The notes beneath the pieces were generated by a model. It was not told where the DNA came from. It searched no databases and saw nothing but the letters and a program-made list of their open reading frames with translations. Of a stretch of 47,944 nucleotides of DNA, positions 45,600 through 47,944 are shown one piece after another (within the stretch, counting starts at the first letter, position 1; every line of letters starts with the position of its first letter). The position numbers and the translations under genes were made by a program. The DNA lies in NCBI GenBank assembly GCA_023130975.1, contig JAGMAD010000003.1, positions 195,692 through 243,635 of the forward strand, given 5' to 3'. Source of the stretch: Candidatus Parcubacteria bacterium (GTDB taxonomy: Bacteria > Patescibacteriota > Minisyncoccia > Minisyncoccales > JAGMDC01).

Positions 45600-46583
45600 A
45601 TGAAACAGGTTCTTATTTTTTTAATATTATTTTTAATAGCGATTTTTTTTATTTGGCAGGGGATTTATACTTCAAAAGATTCTACTTCTCTTGAAGAGAA
45701 AGTATTTTCAGTTGAAAGAGGCCAGGGTTTATTTCAAATTGGAGAAAATTTAGAAAAGCAAGATTTAATTAAGAGTAGATTTTTATTTAATTTTTATGTA
45801 ATTTCCAAGAAAAAACAAGGCAATCTTCAGGCCGGCCAGTATTTATTAAGTTCTTCAATGAATATTCCACAAGTTGCTCAGAAGATGATTTTAGGTGATG
45901 TTTATAAGATAAAAATTACTATTCCCGAAGGATTCACCCTAAAACAAATAGAAGAAAGAATAACCTCAAATTTGACGAGAACATTTCTCATCAATATTGA
46001 AATTAATGAGTTTAAAGATGAGTATGATTTTCTAAAAGATATGCCAGACAGTGCTTTATTAGAGGGTTTTTTGTTTCCTGATACTTATTATTTTTTTCCA
46101 GAAGCAGAGACCGAAGAAATAGTTAAAGTTTTTTTAGATAATTTTGACAGGAAGCTAACTTCGGAATTAAGAGCAGAGATTGAAAAGCAAGGCAAGACCG
46201 TTTTTGAAATTATTACTATGGCTTCAATGATTGAGAAAGAAGTAATAACCCTGAAAGATAAAAAAATGGTCTCTGGAATTTTATGGAAGCGTCTGGAAAA
46301 TAAAATGCCTTTTCAAGTTGATGCTACTATTGCATATCTTACTGGCAAAAAAACAACAAAGGTCAGTACCGAAGACCTTAAAATTGATTCTCCATATAAT
46401 ACCTATAAATATTTAGGTCTGCCTATTGGTCCAATCTGCAATCCTGGACTTGACAGTATTTTAGCTGCGGTTTATCCTGAAGACAGCAATTACTGGTATT
46501 ATTTATCTACCTCGGAAAAAGAAACAATTTTCAGCAAGACCCTGAAAGAGCATCGTATAAACAAAGCAAAGTATTTACAATAA
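45600..46583 (+). CDS. mltG: Endolytic murein transglycosylase MltG (YceG-like)
   Basis: N-terminal TM MKQVLIFLILFLIAIFFIW, then YceG domain (ITIPEGFTLKQIEERI..., EGFLFPDTYYF, ASMIEKE, YNTYKYLGLPIGPICNPG). An in-frame upstream start at 45549/45552 would add a repeat-encoded 17 aa. Confidence 0.88.
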   Translation: MKQVLIFLILFLIAIFFIWQGIYTSKDSTSLEEKVFSVERGQGLFQIGENLEKQDLIKSRFLFNFYVISKKKQGNLQAGQYLLSSSMNIPQVAQKMILGDVYKIKITIPEGFTLKQIEERITSNLTRTFLINIEINEFKDEYDFLKDMPDSALLEGFLFPDTYYFFPEAETEEIVKVFLDNFDRKLTSELRAEIEKQGKTVFEIITMASMIEKEVITLKDKKMVSGILWKRLENKMPFQVDATIAYLTGKKTTKVSTEDLKIDSPYNTYKYLGLPIGPICNPGLDSILAAVYPEDSNYWYYLSTSEKETIFSKTLKEHRINKAKYLQ

Positions 46584-46585
46584 TT

Positions 46586-47119
46586 ATGACCAATAAAATA
46601 GCAATGGTTATTGCCCATAGGGATTTTAGAGACGAAGAGTATTTTATTCCTAAACGTATTCTAATGATTAGGAATTTTGAGGTTGTTACAGTGAGCACTT
46701 CTAATGAAAAAGCCATTGGAATGCACGGCGGTGAGATCAAGATAGATATGATAATAGATGATTTGAGGCCAGAGGACTTTGATGCTGTTTTATTTATTGG
46801 CGGCGCCGGAGTTATAGATAATATAGATAATCCTGAATTTCATAGAGTGGCTAAAGAAACCATTGCCAAAGGCAGAGTTTTAGGAGCAATCTGTGTTGCT
46901 CCAATGATTTTGGCCAAAGCCGGTCTCTTAAACGGAAAAAAGGCAACTGTCTGGTCAAGTCCTATGAATAAGAATCCCATAAAAGTTTTGGAAGAAAAGG
47001 GAGCAATTTATACAGATGAGACAGTGGTCATAGACGGGAAAATTATTACCGCTAATGGTCCTCTTGCTGCTGACCAATTTGCTCAAACAGTGGCTGAGGT
47101 ATTGACCCCGCACCTTTAG
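46586..47119 (+). CDS. DJ-1/PfpI family protein
   Basis: 177 aa. Nucleophile-elbow region GAICVAPMILAKAGLL and FIGGAG motifs. Confidence 0.85.
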   Translation: MTNKIAMVIAHRDFRDEEYFIPKRILMIRNFEVVTVSTSNEKAIGMHGGEIKIDMIIDDLRPEDFDAVLFIGGAGVIDNIDNPEFHRVAKETIAKGRVLGAICVAPMILAKAGLLNGKKATVWSSPMNKNPIKVLEEKGAIYTDETVVIDGKIITANGPLAADQFAQTVAEVLTPHL

Positions 47120-47244
47120 TGGATTATTTTTATCTCAAATGATGATTATCAGTTAGTCCTCATAAATTTGGTTAATCTTTGTTAAAGATATTATACTTTG
47201 CAAATTCATTTTATGAATTCGCTTATCCACTAAAGGTGCGGGGT
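47105..47244. repeat. Perfect 20-bp inverted repeat flanking 100 bp (MITE-like or large stem-loop)
   Basis: ACCCCGCACCTTTAGTGGAT (47105-47124, covers the DJ-1 stop) and ATCCACTAAAGGTGCGGGGT (47225-47244). Internal palindrome GAATTCAT-TTT-ATGAATTC. Confidence 0.85.
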
Positions 47245-47271
47245 TGACAAGGAAGAAGTAATTTGTATAAT
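47244..47271 (+). promoter_or_regulatory. Consensus sigma70 promoter upstream of rplJ
   Basis: GGGG-TTGACA (47244-47249), 16 nt, TATAAT (47266-47271). A leader of about 100 nt precedes rplJ. Confidence 0.65.
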
Positions 47272-47369
47272 TAAAAATACCGTAGACAATAGGCAAGTAA
47301 GACCTATTTAGGTAATTAAGTAATCATTGATTATTTATCATTATGTCTGCGGTAAAACGCAGTTTTTTT

Positions 47370-47888
47370 ATGGCAAAAACAAAAGAGCAAAAACAAAAGA
47401 TTTTAGAGGAATTAAAAGAAAAAATAGAAAAGCAGAAATCAATGGTTTTTGTGGATTTTTCTGGTTTAGAGGTAAAGGCAATTACTGAATTAAGAAAAAA
47501 AATGAGAGAAAAAAATTGCGAATTTAAGGTAGCTAAAAAAACTTTCATAGAAATAGCGCTTAAAGATTCTAAAGAAGATACAGCTAAAAAAGTGAGGGAA
47601 TTACAAGGAGAAATTGCTATTGGCTTTGGTTATCAAGATGAGATTATGCCTTTTAAAATCTTAGGCGATTTTTCTAAAAAGCAGGAGAATTTGAAATTAT
47701 TAGCTGGATTAATAGGCGATGAGTTTTTAGAAAAAGACAAGGCAATTACTGTGTCTGAATTACCAACAAGAGAAGAAATTCTAAGCAGAATAGTAGGAAG
47801 CATTAAAGCGCCAATTTCTAATTTAGTTTATGCCCTTCAGGGCAACATTAAAGGTCTGATATGTGTTTTGGCTAAAGCCAAAACATAA
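47370..47888 (+). CDS. rplJ: Ribosomal protein L10
   Basis: MAKTKEQKQKILEELKEKIEKQKSMVFVDFSGLEVKAITELRKKMRE is the L10 N-terminal pattern. Alternative ATG at 47343. Confidence 0.9.
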   Translation: MAKTKEQKQKILEELKEKIEKQKSMVFVDFSGLEVKAITELRKKMREKNCEFKVAKKTFIEIALKDSKEDTAKKVRELQGEIAIGFGYQDEIMPFKILGDFSKKQENLKLLAGLIGDEFLEKDKAITVSELPTREEILSRIVGSIKAPISNLVYALQGNIKGLICVLAKAKT

Positions 47889-47944
47889 TTTCTAATTTTC
47901 AATTTCTAATCAATTTCTAATTATTTAATTTCTAATTTTCAATT
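47889..47944. repeat. Word-repeat spacer (AATTTCTAATTTTCAATT family), runs off the right edge
   Basis: Same words as 1885-1950. Confidence 0.7.

Overview
AT-rich, very gene-dense bacterial chromosome segment. The gene content looks like a Patescibacteria/CPR (Parcubacteria-like) genome: short aaRS forms, GatCAB, a DUF5667-type secreted protein, no rplA next to rplK, and many genes without a good SD. That placement is inference.

About 45 protein genes are supportable, mostly housekeeping: murA, two mreB, holB, frr, rseP, proS, gatCAB, pheST, gyrB, secE-nusG-rplK, miaB, thrS, dnaE, rpmF, nusB, rnc, rpsP, a KH protein, trmD, rpmG, a MacAB-like ABC exporter, pcm, mltG, a DJ-1 protein and rplJ. 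There are five clear tRNAs (CAU, Asp-GUC, Tyr-GUA, Thr-GGU, Trp-CCA) and one degenerate tRNA-like sequence.

Two things stand out.

1. A purine-rich five-gene operon with strong SDs lies at about 19.44-22.27 kb. It encodes three tiny charged proteins, a MazG-like::PEP-utiliser swivel-domain fusion and a tandem double ThyX-like protein. It sits between dCMP deaminase and dCTP deaminase/deoC, at the position where rplA would normally follow rplK. This is my best candidate for an undescribed pyrimidine deoxynucleotide system.

2. The window carries a dense population of small repeat and palindromic elements:
- GC-rich hairpin cassettes read in-frame inside pheT, gyrB, rpsP, gatB and miaB.
- 7- and 8-nt tandem repeats inside gatA, trmD and gatB.
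- A roughly 150-nt multi-stem element in two copies with compensatory changes.
- GGTTCT direct-repeat elements whose insertion duplicated the first codons of rplK, pheT and probably mltG.
- A CGAGCGAAGCGAGGGAAC cassette abutting five start codons.
- Word-repeat palindromic spacers in nearly every intergenic region.

gatB is split into two ORFs. All product calls come from motif recognition by eye, and hairpin and repeat coordinates were hand-counted. No database search or folding was run.
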